64,000 nucleotides of DNA, from assembly GCA_049517415.1 (NCBI GenBank), contig JBEKSC010000007.1, forward strand, positions 29,887 through 93,886, in the 5' to 3' direction. This DNA comes from Candidatus Bathyarchaeia archaeon. Lineage in GTDB: Archaea > Thermoproteota > Bathyarchaeia > 40CM-2-53-6. Position 1 is the stretch's first letter. Each line of letters starts with the position of its first letter. Positions 30,326 to 39,631 of this stretch are shown one piece after another. The notes below the pieces were generated by a model that was not told the DNA's origin, did not search any database, and was given only the letters and a program-made list of their open reading frames with translations. The position numbers were made by a program, and so were the translations under genes.

Positions 30326-30924
30326 AAACAATGTCTGAAGAAGAATGGCGTGACCTGTTACCTTCCGAAGAAGAACGTAAACTCTTAGACCCAATAGCCG
30401 AAAAGTACACCACTCAGAAACTGAGAATCCTTGACGAAGAGGAATCACGTACCCGATTAGGCAAACTTGCGGATTTCTTATCAGGTCCGAGTTTAGACGA
30501 GTTACCATTTAATTTTGCCAACGCCGTGAAAGAATATCTCCGTCTCAACCATGTTGTCAAGATGCGAGCACGAACCTATGAGCAATATCCAAAAAACTCG
30601 GACTCAATAGAAGCGATAGAAGCGAAGAATTCGGTGATGCAATCCGTACTCAGTCTCCGCCAAGTAACTACTGAATTTAACAGGCTATACTATCAAGCCC
30701 TTGCGGAGCATAGAGTGGATGAAGGCTTTGGCAAAGAGTTGGAAGACCTTCGAGCCACAAAGATAGAACTTACAGCGCAAAACGAAGTATTACAGAAGAA
30801 ATTGCGAGATGCTCAACATTGGACCAGACAACTTGAGACTTACATAAGAGCGCATAATGGAAATCCAGACGAAGCACGCGATTTGCCGGGTGATGTTGAA
30901 GAGGGTGGTGAGCCGCATGAGTGA
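30322..30924 (+). CDS. Hypothetical coiled-coil passenger protein
   Basis: 200-aa ORF overlapping the AbrB gene stop; heptad-rich C-terminal half. Confidence 0.7.
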   Translation: MKTMSEEEWRDLLPSEEERKLLDPIAEKYTTQKLRILDEEESRTRLGKLADFLSGPSLDELPFNFANAVKEYLRLNHVVKMRARTYEQYPKNSDSIEAIEAKNSVMQSVLSLRQVTTEFNRLYYQALAEHRVDEGFGKELEDLRATKIELTAQNEVLQKKLRDAQHWTRQLETYIRAHNGNPDEARDLPGDVEEGGEPHE

Positions 30925-31375
30925 TGTCGAAAATGTTGGAAGGTGCCCTCGGTGTCGAGCATTCTTAACCTCTGAACAAGTAGGCACTCATAAGTGTCAT
31001 ATTCCAATCAGAGGCACAGCAGAAATTTACCTTGACTGGATTGCTGACGGATTCATCGACGAAAATGAGGATTTTGTTAGAATGGCAACGAGCATAAAGG
31101 GAATCCTATACAGCGTCATTTTGTGCAAGCATAACCCACCGCACAGCCTTGAGTCCCGACTGTTAACACACGTAAAAAGTCCCGAAGACAGAACAGAACC
31201 TGTAACATCCAAACATAAATATCAGTACAAGAGATTTGCACAGCTCAAAATTACCGTGGTAATCTGTATTGCAATCATTCGTGCTACGTGTCGCGCCCAA
31301 ACTGTCTGCCTTAGTCGGACTGTGCCTCTTCTACTTCTCGATACCATTCGCTTTCGCTCAGTCCTCGCAAGTTGA
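30917..31375 (+). CDS. Putative zinc-finger protein reading through the right TIR
   Basis: ATG with GGTGGTGAG upstream; CPRC..H.C motif; no stop before the element end. Confidence 0.6.
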   Translation: MSDVENVGRCPRCRAFLTSEQVGTHKCHIPIRGTAEIYLDWIADGFIDENEDFVRMATSIKGILYSVILCKHNPPHSLESRLLTHVKSPEDRTEPVTSKHKYQYKRFAQLKITVVICIAIIRATCRAQTVCLSRTVPLLLLDTIRFRSVLAS

Positions 31376-31502
31376 GACGGAAAGGGCGCTGTTTAACCAG
31401 ATTCTGATAATAGGAATAATCGTAGGCATAGTAGTATTTGGCCTTCTGTTCTACGCCATTATCAGGTTCAGAGAGAAACCGCATCAGGCTGGTGAGAAGT
31501 AA
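31269..31502 (+). CDS. Heme-copper oxidase subunit II N-terminal TM fragment (split gene)
   Basis: LFNQILIIGIIVGIVVFGLLFYAIIRFR resembles CoxII helix 1; TAATG coupling to the next gene. Confidence 0.75.
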   Translation: MQSFVLRVAPKLSALVGLCLFYFSIPFAFAQSSQVETERALFNQILIIGIIVGIVVFGLLFYAIIRFREKPHQAGEK

Positions 31503-31978
31503 TGGTTTCGAAAACACATGCCATAGAAATTCTCTCAATCATTATCACTTCAGCGGTCCTAGCCTACATAGGTGTGATCGCCGGTATTTCGCTGATAGCA
31601 GTGGACACTCCCCCTCAGCAGGAAGGAGCACTTCACGTGAAGGTTATCGCGCGCCAATTCTATTGGACGTTTCAATATGCGCCCGGTAGCTCGATCACCT
31701 TCCCCAACGGAACAACCATTGAATACCCCAATGGAACCTCCATACAGAACACACTCTATGTTAAGGCCGGACAAGTAGTAGACTTAGAGATAGTTTCTGA
31801 CGATGTTGCACACAGCTTCTTCATCCCGCAGTTGGGAGTCCACATTGATGCCATCCCGGGACACGATAACCATTACTGGCTGAGAGCAGACAGCCCTGGG
31901 CAGTACCTTATTGAATGTACCCAGTTTTGTGGCACGGGACACTACACCATGATAGGCCAACTAGTCGCAGTTGCATAA
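31502..31978 (+). CDS. coxB: Cytochrome c oxidase subunit II (TM plus CuA domain)
   Basis: RQFYWTF, DVAHSFF, DAIPG, CTQFCGTGHYTM. Confidence 0.93.
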   Translation: MVSKTHAIEILSIIITSAVLAYIGVIAGISLIAVDTPPQQEGALHVKVIARQFYWTFQYAPGSSITFPNGTTIEYPNGTSIQNTLYVKAGQVVDLEIVSDDVAHSFFIPQLGVHIDAIPGHDNHYWLRADSPGQYLIECTQFCGTGHYTMIGQLVAVA

Positions 31979-31994
31979 CGGAGTGTAGCGAACT

Positions 31995-33482
31995 TTGCAG
32001 GAAGTGGTTGAAGAGAAACCGAAACAAACACCAGCATTCTATTTAAGCTTGAAAGGAATTCTCACAACAACACACCACACGGACATTGGGATTCTATACA
32101 TTTGCACTTCATTCTTCTTCTTTCTCCTAGGCGGCGTCGCGGCGCTGCTCATCAGAACCCAACTGGCCGAACCAGGAAACGCGGTTGTAACACCTGAGAT
32201 ATACGACAGCCTCTTCACAACCCACGGCACAACGATGATTTTCCTTTGGGTAATCCCCTGCCTCGTAGGCTTCGGAAACTACTTGGTGCCCAAACTAATC
32301 GGTGCTAAGGACATGTACTTCCCCAGGTTGAACGCTCTTAGCTACTGGCTGCTTCCCGTCGGCGGTGCTCTGATCTGGGCCGGATTGCCTGACGCTGGGT
32401 GGAGCGGCTACGCACCTCTGTCAGTTTATTCCCCTGGTTACGGAATTGATCTCTGGCTTCTGGGCCTCATTGTGCTAGGCGTCTCGTCGATGTTGGGTGC
32501 CATAAATTTCATAGTAACAATCTACAGGCTCCGCGGCCCCGGCGTTATGTTCAGAAATATGTCGCTTTTCGTTTGGATGATTCTGGTAAACTCCTTCTTG
32601 GTTATTGGTGCGACCCCCGTCCTCTCAGCCGCGTTGGTTATGCTTCTTTCCGACCGAAACTTGGGAACAGGATTTTTCCTACCTAAATTAGGTGGTGATC
32701 CACTTTTGTGGCAACACATGTTCTGGTTCTTCGGCCACCCCGAAGTATACATAATGATAATTCCCGCATTCGGCCTCATATCCGAAATTATACCAATAAT
32801 GTGCCACAAGAAAATATTCGGCTATGGAATGGTCGCCGGGTCCGGAATAATGATAGGTGTTTTCGGGTTCGGCGTGTGGGCGCACCACATGTTCACATCG
32901 GGATTATCGATAACTGCTAGATTCCCCTTCATGGCAATGACTCTCGCTATTGCCGTCCCCTCTGGAATCAAGGTGTTCAACTGGATCGGTACCATGCTGG
33001 GAGGACGTATCAGTCTCAAGGTGCCGATGAAATATGCCATAGCATTTATCTCTACTTTCTTCTTCGCCGGTGCCACAGGCGTCTTTCAAGCAGCGATCCC
33101 GGTGGACTACTTACTTCATGACACCTACTGGGTTGTCGGCCACATTCACTTGATGCTCTTGGGCGCTTCAACTCAGGCCATTTTCGCCGCATTGTACTTT
33201 TACTTCCCCTACATGTCGGGGAGAATGTATAACGAGCGTTGGGGGAACATTCAATTCGTCATAACGGAAGTCGGCATTTACATGCTCTTCTCAATGATGT
33301 TGCTTCTCGGGTTGGAGGGAATGCCCCGGCGGTGGTACACTTACCCAATCCAATACGCAACGCCGAACCTTCTAGCTAGCGTATCGGGTTTTCTTATAGG
33401 AATAGGCGTAATCATTATGGTCGTTAATCTGGTTTTCAGTTGGCTTCGCGGGCCACAAGTAACCGGGGATCCATGGCCTTGA
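31995..33482 (+). CDS. coxA: Cytochrome c oxidase subunit I, A1 type
   Basis: HGTTM, DMYFPRLN, WFFGHPEVY, WAHHMF, PSGIKVF, HDTYWVVGHIH, GMPRR. Confidence 0.96.
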   Translation: MQEVVEEKPKQTPAFYLSLKGILTTTHHTDIGILYICTSFFFFLLGGVAALLIRTQLAEPGNAVVTPEIYDSLFTTHGTTMIFLWVIPCLVGFGNYLVPKLIGAKDMYFPRLNALSYWLLPVGGALIWAGLPDAGWSGYAPLSVYSPGYGIDLWLLGLIVLGVSSMLGAINFIVTIYRLRGPGVMFRNMSLFVWMILVNSFLVIGATPVLSAALVMLLSDRNLGTGFFLPKLGGDPLLWQHMFWFFGHPEVYIMIIPAFGLISEIIPIMCHKKIFGYGMVAGSGIMIGVFGFGVWAHHMFTSGLSITARFPFMAMTLAIAVPSGIKVFNWIGTMLGGRISLKVPMKYAIAFISTFFFAGATGVFQAAIPVDYLLHDTYWVVGHIHLMLLGASTQAIFAALYFYFPYMSGRMYNERWGNIQFVITEVGIYMLFSMMLLLGLEGMPRRWYTYPIQYATPNLLASVSGFLIGIGVIIMVVNLVFSWLRGPQVTGDPWP

Positions 33483-33934
33483 AGCTCACACCCTTTCGCG
33501 GTTTATCGCTAGCAACAGCAGTCTCCGTGTACATCCTGATCGTGATTGGCGGAATTGTGTCTTCCACTGGCTCCGGACTAGCATGCCCCGATTGGCCCTT
33601 ATGCAGAGGCCAAGTGGTTCCCGCGCTCACGCTTAGCGTGCTAATCGAGTTCACACATAGAGTTTGGACGATTGTCGTTACTGTCTTAGTCGTAGCGACG
33701 CTGCTCTTTGCTTGGAGCAAGTACCGCTGGCCCAGCAAGCTAACAAAACTTTCGACCCTTACTTTCGGTTTGCTACTCTGTCAGATTATTCTCGGGATGA
33801 TAACGGTAGACACAAGGACACTTCCGGCAGCTGTCACGGCGCACCTTGCTGTGGCGACGTTAGTGTTCGCTAGCGCGTTGACAACAACTGTCACCGCAAT
33901 GTTATTCGACTCAAGAGGGACCGTTGCTTCATGA
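33473..33934 (+). CDS. ctaA: Short (4-TM) heme A synthase, COX15/CtaA
   Basis: GSGLACPDWPLC, IEFTHR, Q.ILG, V.AHL. Confidence 0.88.
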   Translation: MALKLTPFRGLSLATAVSVYILIVIGGIVSSTGSGLACPDWPLCRGQVVPALTLSVLIEFTHRVWTIVVTVLVVATLLFAWSKYRWPSKLTKLSTLTFGLLLCQIILGMITVDTRTLPAAVTAHLAVATLVFASALTTTVTAMLFDSRGTVAS

Positions 33935-34020
33935 CTAAGGAGCAAGTTGTCGTGATCGCATTTACGATAACAGCAATCGCTGTGGTTTCGGTTATTCTGC
34001 GTGCGGTCTTGACTAGGTAG
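33931..34020 (+). CDS. 29-aa single-TM microprotein at the end of the cox operon
   Basis: MTKEQVVVIAFTITAIAVVSVILRAVLTR; ATGA overlap with the ctaA stop. Confidence 0.55.
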   Translation: MTKEQVVVIAFTITAIAVVSVILRAVLTR

Positions 34021-34026
34021 CTGAGC

Positions 34027-34923
34027 CTAGCTCGAAGCGGAAGGAACGCTTTCCGCTGAGCTTGCCAGTAAGGCCAGCAACTCTCTCATTGAATCGATTG
34101 AGAGATGCAAAATCCCAATCCCCACATCTACGCCGTTCCTAACATTGTCTTCGAGGAGCTTCCTGCTCAACTCATATGGTCCCGTCAAATACACTGAGCG
34201 CATTCCCTTCCTATCCTCTCTCCAAGCTGTAACGCCTTCTCGTTCCATTCGGAACATGTCGTAGATCTCGTCGGACAGATGACGCTCATATTCACCGCTT
34301 GACAACCTCGCAAAGTCTCCCACTTTCATTTCGAAGGACTCCGATAATGTCGGGCTTGGTGCAGTAGGGGCCGTTACGGGCGACGTTACATTTTCTTGGT
34401 AGAGTTTGGGCTGGGCGAGGGGAACGGACAATTTGGCTTCCTCTTGTGAACCAAGCCGGCCTATTGAACCGAATATTGTGTATGATAGTACGCCGAAGGT
34501 TGCGAGCAGTACTTCAACCCACCAGCGTCCTTCGTTGTATGTTGAGCGAATGAATACTTGAAGGACTAGGTCTGCGGCAGAAAAAAGGCCGAGAGCTGTG
34601 AAGAAATATCCAATATACTCGATGTTTCTGTAGAAGCCTGATTTCGGAGGTGTTTCTTCTTCCACAATCGTCTCGACACCCACATCCGGCCGTGTCAAAG
34701 TAGACGGGGCCCCTGTTGGCGGCGCTACTGAAACAGGTCTTAGCAGATAATACAGCGAAGCGAAAACTGCAACCGACCCTCCAGTAATGAGGTTGGCGCC
34801 GAGGAATTGCGAAGTAAGCTGCCGTGCGCCTGGGAAACCCGCGGCAACGAAACTGAACCCGTAGTCAATTAAAACAAAGCCGCAGGCGAAGCCAAGAAGC
34901 TCATAGATCCGGCGGGAAACCAA
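34027..34923 (-). CDS. Hypothetical membrane protein
   Basis: 298-aa ORF, four TM plus soluble C-terminus. Confidence 0.7.
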   Translation of the reverse strand: MVSRRIYELLGFACGFVLIDYGFSFVAAGFPGARQLTSQFLGANLITGGSVAVFASLYYLLRPVSVAPPTGAPSTLTRPDVGVETIVEEETPPKSGFYRNIEYIGYFFTALGLFSAADLVLQVFIRSTYNEGRWWVEVLLATFGVLSYTIFGSIGRLGSQEEAKLSVPLAQPKLYQENVTSPVTAPTAPSPTLSESFEMKVGDFARLSSGEYERHLSDEIYDMFRMEREGVTAWREDRKGMRSVYLTGPYELSRKLLEDNVRNGVDVGIGILHLSIDSMRELLALLASSAESVPSASS

Positions 34924-35043
34924 GGATATTCGAGCTTTGCAAAAAGTGGAGAGTAGCTAATAAGAATACGAGTTAAGCGGACTAAATTGATTCGGCAAGC
35001 CCTTACCGAAAATTTATATTTCATGCAGCTGGGCGGAGGGCTC

Positions 35044-35898
35044 ATGAAAATGGGAACCGACTCAGAGGCCTTGCGGGCTCAACCAGAAGGACATGCCCCA
35101 GAATATTTGGAACACAGCGCCTGGCCGGTACTCATCGCCCTTGCGACTGGGGTAGCACTTACTGGCCTCTTCTTCCTATTCAAACACGTGGTCTTGTTAG
35201 CGGGGATCCTGATGATGTTATCATTCGGTGCGGTTCTGGGGGGATTTCTTTACAGCGAGACTAAGAACTGGGCCTCTGCTCTTCGCAAATCTCTGCCTCG
35301 GCTCCCGCAAGACACGGTCCTCGGGCCGTTCCCGGTCGACGTTAGCCTGACTATCCAAATCATCATTCTGACGGAGCTTCTTCTTTTTGGAGGGGCGTTT
35401 GGAATGTATTTCGCCATAAGATTGCAATTCCCCTTCTGGCCACCTGCTGGGGCACCAATCTTGGACGACTTCATCGCACGCATCCAGACACTCATATTGA
35501 TCTCAAGCAGCGTTCTTGTGGAATGGGCGGTTTGGCAGCTGAAGCGGGGCAAGCAGAGAGCCTTCAGAGCTGGAATTGTTGGAACCACAATTCTAGGGAG
35601 CCTTTTCCCTATTCTGCAATTCGGCTTCGAATGGCCGCACCTGATACTCAACAACATCCTAACCCCGGCAAGCGGATTCTTCGGAGCAACTTTCTTTCTG
35701 TTAACAGGAATTCACGGGGCACACGTAGTCGCGGGCGTAATCGCATATCTCTATACTGACATTCGTGCGTTCATGGGACAATATTCGCCGAAGAACCATG
35801 GCTTTGTTGAGGCTACCTCAACCTACTGGCATTTTGTGCACATAATCTGGCTCGTCCTCTTCGCATTGATGTGGCAGGGGAGTCGACTCTTAGGTTGA
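35044..35898 (+). CDS. coxC: Heme-copper oxidase subunit III
   Basis: TELLLFGG.F..Y, T.ILISSS, FF.LTG.HG.HV, YWHFV. Confidence 0.92.
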   Translation: MKMGTDSEALRAQPEGHAPEYLEHSAWPVLIALATGVALTGLFFLFKHVVLLAGILMMLSFGAVLGGFLYSETKNWASALRKSLPRLPQDTVLGPFPVDVSLTIQIIILTELLLFGGAFGMYFAIRLQFPFWPPAGAPILDDFIARIQTLILISSSVLVEWAVWQLKRGKQRAFRAGIVGTTILGSLFPILQFGFEWPHLILNNILTPASGFFGATFFLLTGIHGAHVVAGVIAYLYTDIRAFMGQYSPKNHGFVEATSTYWHFVHIIWLVLFALMWQGSRLLG

Positions 35899-36371
35899 AG
35901 TTAGAGGACTTCGGGAGATTCGTAATTTTCACCGCTATCTACGCTGCAGGCACTCTGGGGCTTCCGAAGATTCCATTACTCGCATATCAGATTAGGATCG
36001 GAGAAATACCAAGCGCTTTTGTTGCCATTTTCGGTATGCCAGCTGTTTTCGGATTGACGCTCGGCCAATTCATAGCAAACCTTGGTGTGCAAGCATCACC
36101 GATCGCATCTCTATCCCCGCTGTTCTCGTTCATCGGTCTACTGATAATCTATTACACCCGCAAATTCAGTACTCTTGCAGGTTGCATAGCCTACGTAATC
36201 ATAACCTCGCTTTGGCTAACCTTCCTATTGCCATTGAATTCAGGCATATCGATGACCGAGGCAGGCTACTCAGCGTTCATCGACCAGTTCATCGCGGTCA
36301 TCATAGGCTATTGTGCATACGTTTTGGTTGCCAAAACGATGCTCCCCAAGGCAAAGGCCGCAAGTAATTGA
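35895..36371 (+). CDS. QueT-like transporter family membrane protein
   Basis: AIYAA.T..QIRIGE..GLTLGQFIAN. Confidence 0.7.
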   Translation: MKLEDFGRFVIFTAIYAAGTLGLPKIPLLAYQIRIGEIPSAFVAIFGMPAVFGLTLGQFIANLGVQASPIASLSPLFSFIGLLIIYYTRKFSTLAGCIAYVIITSLWLTFLLPLNSGISMTEAGYSAFIDQFIAVIIGYCAYVLVAKTMLPKAKAASN

Positions 36372-36412
36372 GGAAACGATGCCGTTCCTTGCAGAACTCA
36401 GCCATGTCATAA

Positions 36413-36440
36413 AAGAGGGAAATACTTGTTCTTCCCTCTT
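36413..36440. terminator. Possible stem-loop after the coxC-queT unit
   Basis: AAGAGGGAA..TTCCCTCTT 9-bp stem; role unproven. Confidence 0.3.
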
Positions 36441-36627
36441 CAATCCTTAACCCACCAATATGACTATAGGACTATTGAACCCCTGAACGCCAATATGATT
36501 TCTGCATAATCCTAGGACTGAGTCGCCTTCACAACTTCTTCCGGAGTGTTTCAACACCGCCAACTAGCCCTTTACATATGACCTCAGCAATTTCAAGAGC
36601 TACAAATACAGCTGGGAAGCAGGCACA

Positions 36628-37698
36628 ATGGGAAAAATTCGCGTTGCAATCGTCGGAGTAGGCAACTGTGCATCCTCGTTAGTTCAGGGCGTAGAATTCT
36701 ACAAGGATGCCAAGGAAGATGAATTCATTCCGGGATTAATGCACGTTAGGTTGGGAGGATACCACGTTCGTGATGTAACTTTCACTGCCGCCTTTGATAT
36801 CGACAAGAACAAGGTTGGAAAGGACTTAGCCGAGGCGATTTACACTAAACCCAACAATACGATCAAGTTCAGTAACGTTCCGAAGCTCGGCGTTGAGGTC
36901 CAAAGGGGGATGACACATGATGGCCTTGGAAAATACCTCAGCAAAGTCATAGAGAAGCACCCTTCTCACACGGTAGACGTTTCCCATGTCTTGAAGGAAA
37001 CGAAAACGAACGTCCTCCTCAACTATCTTCCCGTTGGAAGTGAGTTTGGGACGAAATGGTATGTGGAACAGGCACTAGACGCGGGATGTGCAGTCGTCAA
37101 CTGCATCCCAGTCTTTATCGCGCGGGAGAAGCGTTGGCAGCAAGTGTTTGAGAAACGCGGCCTTCCAATAATCGGAGACGACATAAAGTCACAGGTTGGC
37201 GCTACGATTCTTCACCGGGTTCTTACTCAACTGTTCAAGGACCGAGGGGTCAAACTTGAACGCACCATGCAGCTCAATGTCGGCGGAAACACAGACTTCC
37301 TCAATATGCTCGAACGGGAGAGACTGGAAAGTAAGAAAATCTCCAAAACAGGCGCGGTTACTTCGGTACTTGACTATAAGATGAACCCTGACAATGTTCA
37401 CATTGGCCCGAGCGATTATGTGCCTTGGCTCCTCGACCGCAAGTGGGCCTACATTCGCATGGAAGGGACAACGTTCGGAAACGTCCCACTGAATATCGAA
37501 ACCAAGCTGGAAGTCTGGGATTCCCCGAACAGCGCGGGCGTCGTAATCGATGCCATCAGGTGTGCGAAGTTGGCATTGGATAGGGGCATCGGTGGCGCGC
37601 TAAAGGCACCTTCCGCATACTTCATGAAATCGCCACCGGAGCAATACCCCGACGATGCGGCAAGGCGTATGCTCGAAGAGTTCATCAAAGGCCGATAA
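36628..37698 (+). CDS. ino1: myo-inositol-1-phosphate synthase
   Basis: [38 protein letters not shown]. Confidence 0.95.
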   Translation: MGKIRVAIVGVGNCASSLVQGVEFYKDAKEDEFIPGLMHVRLGGYHVRDVTFTAAFDIDKNKVGKDLAEAIYTKPNNTIKFSNVPKLGVEVQRGMTHDGLGKYLSKVIEKHPSHTVDVSHVLKETKTNVLLNYLPVGSEFGTKWYVEQALDAGCAVVNCIPVFIAREKRWQQVFEKRGLPIIGDDIKSQVGATILHRVLTQLFKDRGVKLERTMQLNVGGNTDFLNMLERERLESKKISKTGAVTSVLDYKMNPDNVHIGPSDYVPWLLDRKWAYIRMEGTTFGNVPLNIETKLEVWDSPNSAGVVIDAIRCAKLALDRGIGGALKAPSAYFMKSPPEQYPDDAARRMLEEFIKGR

Positions 37699-37736
37699 GG
37701 CCAGACTATGCCATCGAACCTGTGGCCGCAAGATAT

Positions 37737-38381
37737 TCATTCAATCAACGTGAGAGCGGCTGCCATTGCACCGTGGTGAGCGGTGGCCCTGTCCGGAGCG
37801 CTACTCAAGACAATAACGTCTCCCTCTCCAGGGCTAAACGATTTTCTCAAGTCTTCGGAGAGCCGATCATCACTGTTCAAACCCCACTTCTCATTTTCGC
37901 TCATTGGCATCAAGAATTGTCGACCTTGAAATATGAGCGTACAAGCTCCAGTCGCACCCGCACGTATGGCCGCGTCTCTTTGCTCGATACCTTTCTTCAC
38001 TTGGTATCCTACATGTCTTATCAAGACAGCTGCGCTGACTTTGTCGAGGGCGAGCTGCTTAGCATCTATTATGGAAACCTTCGAAACTTTCGACCTCAAT
38101 GAATTGTAGAGTTGTACTCCCCGCTTCGTTAGCGCGCATCCACCTTTCGCGATATCGATAATGTTGGCTTGCATCAGATGCTTAATGATTGTACGTATCG
38201 TGCCCTCGCCGATTCCTAGTCTCCTTGAAAGCTCAATTCTTCCAATCTGGCCTTCATCACCGATCGTTAGAATTGCCTGGGTTACATCAACTTGTGTGAA
38301 CGCAGGAGCTGGCCCTGGACTTGGTAGTTTAGAGAGCGCTTGCAACGTGTTGAGGACCTTCCCGGAAGTCATTCGATCCAT
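37737..38381 (-). CDS. Winged-helix regulator (DUF4443-like)
   Basis: IGRIELSRRLGIGEGTIRT; GIEQRDAAIRAGA.GA. Confidence 0.8.
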   Translation of the reverse strand: MDRMTSGKVLNTLQALSKLPSPGPAPAFTQVDVTQAILTIGDEGQIGRIELSRRLGIGEGTIRTIIKHLMQANIIDIAKGGCALTKRGVQLYNSLRSKVSKVSIIDAKQLALDKVSAAVLIRHVGYQVKKGIEQRDAAIRAGATGACTLIFQGRQFLMPMSENEKWGLNSDDRLSEDLRKSFSPGEGDVIVLSSAPDRATAHHGAMAAALTLIE

Positions 38382-38390
38382 CGCCAGCGA

Positions 38391-39587
38391 TTACAATTTG
38401 GTGCTAACCGCGGGCTTGGATTTGGGTTTCTCAGCGAGCTTCCTAAATCGGCGCCTAACCTCTTGCAAGGTTGAATCCTTCTTGCAGTAGGCTAAGCGGA
38501 CTTTCTTTCGCCCCAGATCTTTGTCGTGGCAGAGAGCGTTGGCTGGCAGAACGGCTACTCCGATTTCTTTCAGAAGATAATCGCTGAATTCTTTATCGTC
38601 TTTGAATGCGTCCGGAACATTCACTAGCATGTAGTAGGCGCCTTCTGGCCTCTGGTATTGTAGTCCGGCCTCATCGAGGATTTTCATCATCATCCTTCGC
38701 TTTCCATCGTATGCTTCTTTGAGCTTCTCATAGTACGAGGATTTGAAGTTCAGGGCAGTCACAAGCGCCTCTTGCAATGGAGCCGGCGCGCAGATGGCGA
38801 AATAATCGTGAACCTTTCGGAGGGCCTCAGTTAGTCCTGCTTCCGCTACGGCCCAACCGACTCTCCATCCTGTGACGCTGTACGTCTTTGAGGCACTACT
38901 CACCGTTACAGTTTGTTCTTGCATGCCGCCCAAAGACGCCAAGCTCACGTGTTTCTTCCCATCATAGACTATGTATTCGTATATCTCGTCTGTAATTGCG
39001 ATTGTCTTCTTTTCTTGACATAAATCCGCAATTAATTTCAACTCCTCTTTGCCTGCGACCTTTCCCGTTGGGTTGTTTGGTGTGTTTAGGACGATGAGTT
39101 TTGGATGCGTCTCCATAGCGTCCTTCAAGGCTTCTTCGTCAAACATTAGATCCCTTCCAGAGAACGGGACGTAGAGTGGTTCGCAGCCCGCCAAAATCGT
39201 GTCGGGAACGTAGTTCTCGTAGAATGGATCGGTGATGATTATGCGATCGCCTGAGTTTGTTAATCCGAAGACAGCGGCTGCTAGGGCTTCGGTTGAACCG
39301 CAGGTGATTGTAATGTTCTTTTCAGGATTGGCTTCAATCCCGTTGTACTCCCTGACCCTGTTAGCGACCGCTTGCCTGAGGCCCTCGTGCCCCGATGTAG
39401 TAGTATACTGATTTGATCCTCGTCTTATGGCTTCAACTGCGGCTTCGGTCAGTTTTGGGGAAGGAGGAAAATCTGGCATGCCTTGGCTGAGGTTGATGGC
39501 TCCGTACTGGTCACTGAGCCGCGTCATTTCACGAATAACGGATTCGGTGAAGGAATTGAGCTTAGTCGAGGCCGCCAAGAAAACCAC
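38391..39587 (-). CDS. Class I/II aminotransferase (YbdL/AspC-like)
   Basis: INLSQGMPDF, NTPNNPTG, DEIY, SKTYSVTGWRVGW. Confidence 0.93.
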   Translation of the reverse strand: MVFLAASTKLNSFTESVIREMTRLSDQYGAINLSQGMPDFPPSPKLTEAAVEAIRRGSNQYTTTSGHEGLRQAVANRVREYNGIEANPEKNITITCGSTEALAAAVFGLTNSGDRIIITDPFYENYVPDTILAGCEPLYVPFSGRDLMFDEEALKDAMETHPKLIVLNTPNNPTGKVAGKEELKLIADLCQEKKTIAITDEIYEYIVYDGKKHVSLASLGGMQEQTVTVSSASKTYSVTGWRVGWAVAEAGLTEALRKVHDYFAICAPAPLQEALVTALNFKSSYYEKLKEAYDGKRRMMMKILDEAGLQYQRPEGAYYMLVNVPDAFKDDKEFSDYLLKEIGVAVLPANALCHDKDLGRKKVRLAYCKKDSTLQEVRRRFRKLAEKPKSKPAVSTKL

Positions 39588-39631
39588 TCATCCGAAATAA
39601 TACAGTATTGTGGGTTTAAAGTCAATCATTC

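Larger units (their letters stand above)
27888..31200. mobile_element. IS6-like cargo-carrying transposon, 3313 bp
   Basis: TIRs start GGTTCTGTT (19/23 match over 23 bp); 8-bp direct repeat TGTAACAT at 27880-27887 and 31201-31208; internal DDE transposase. Confidence 0.9.
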
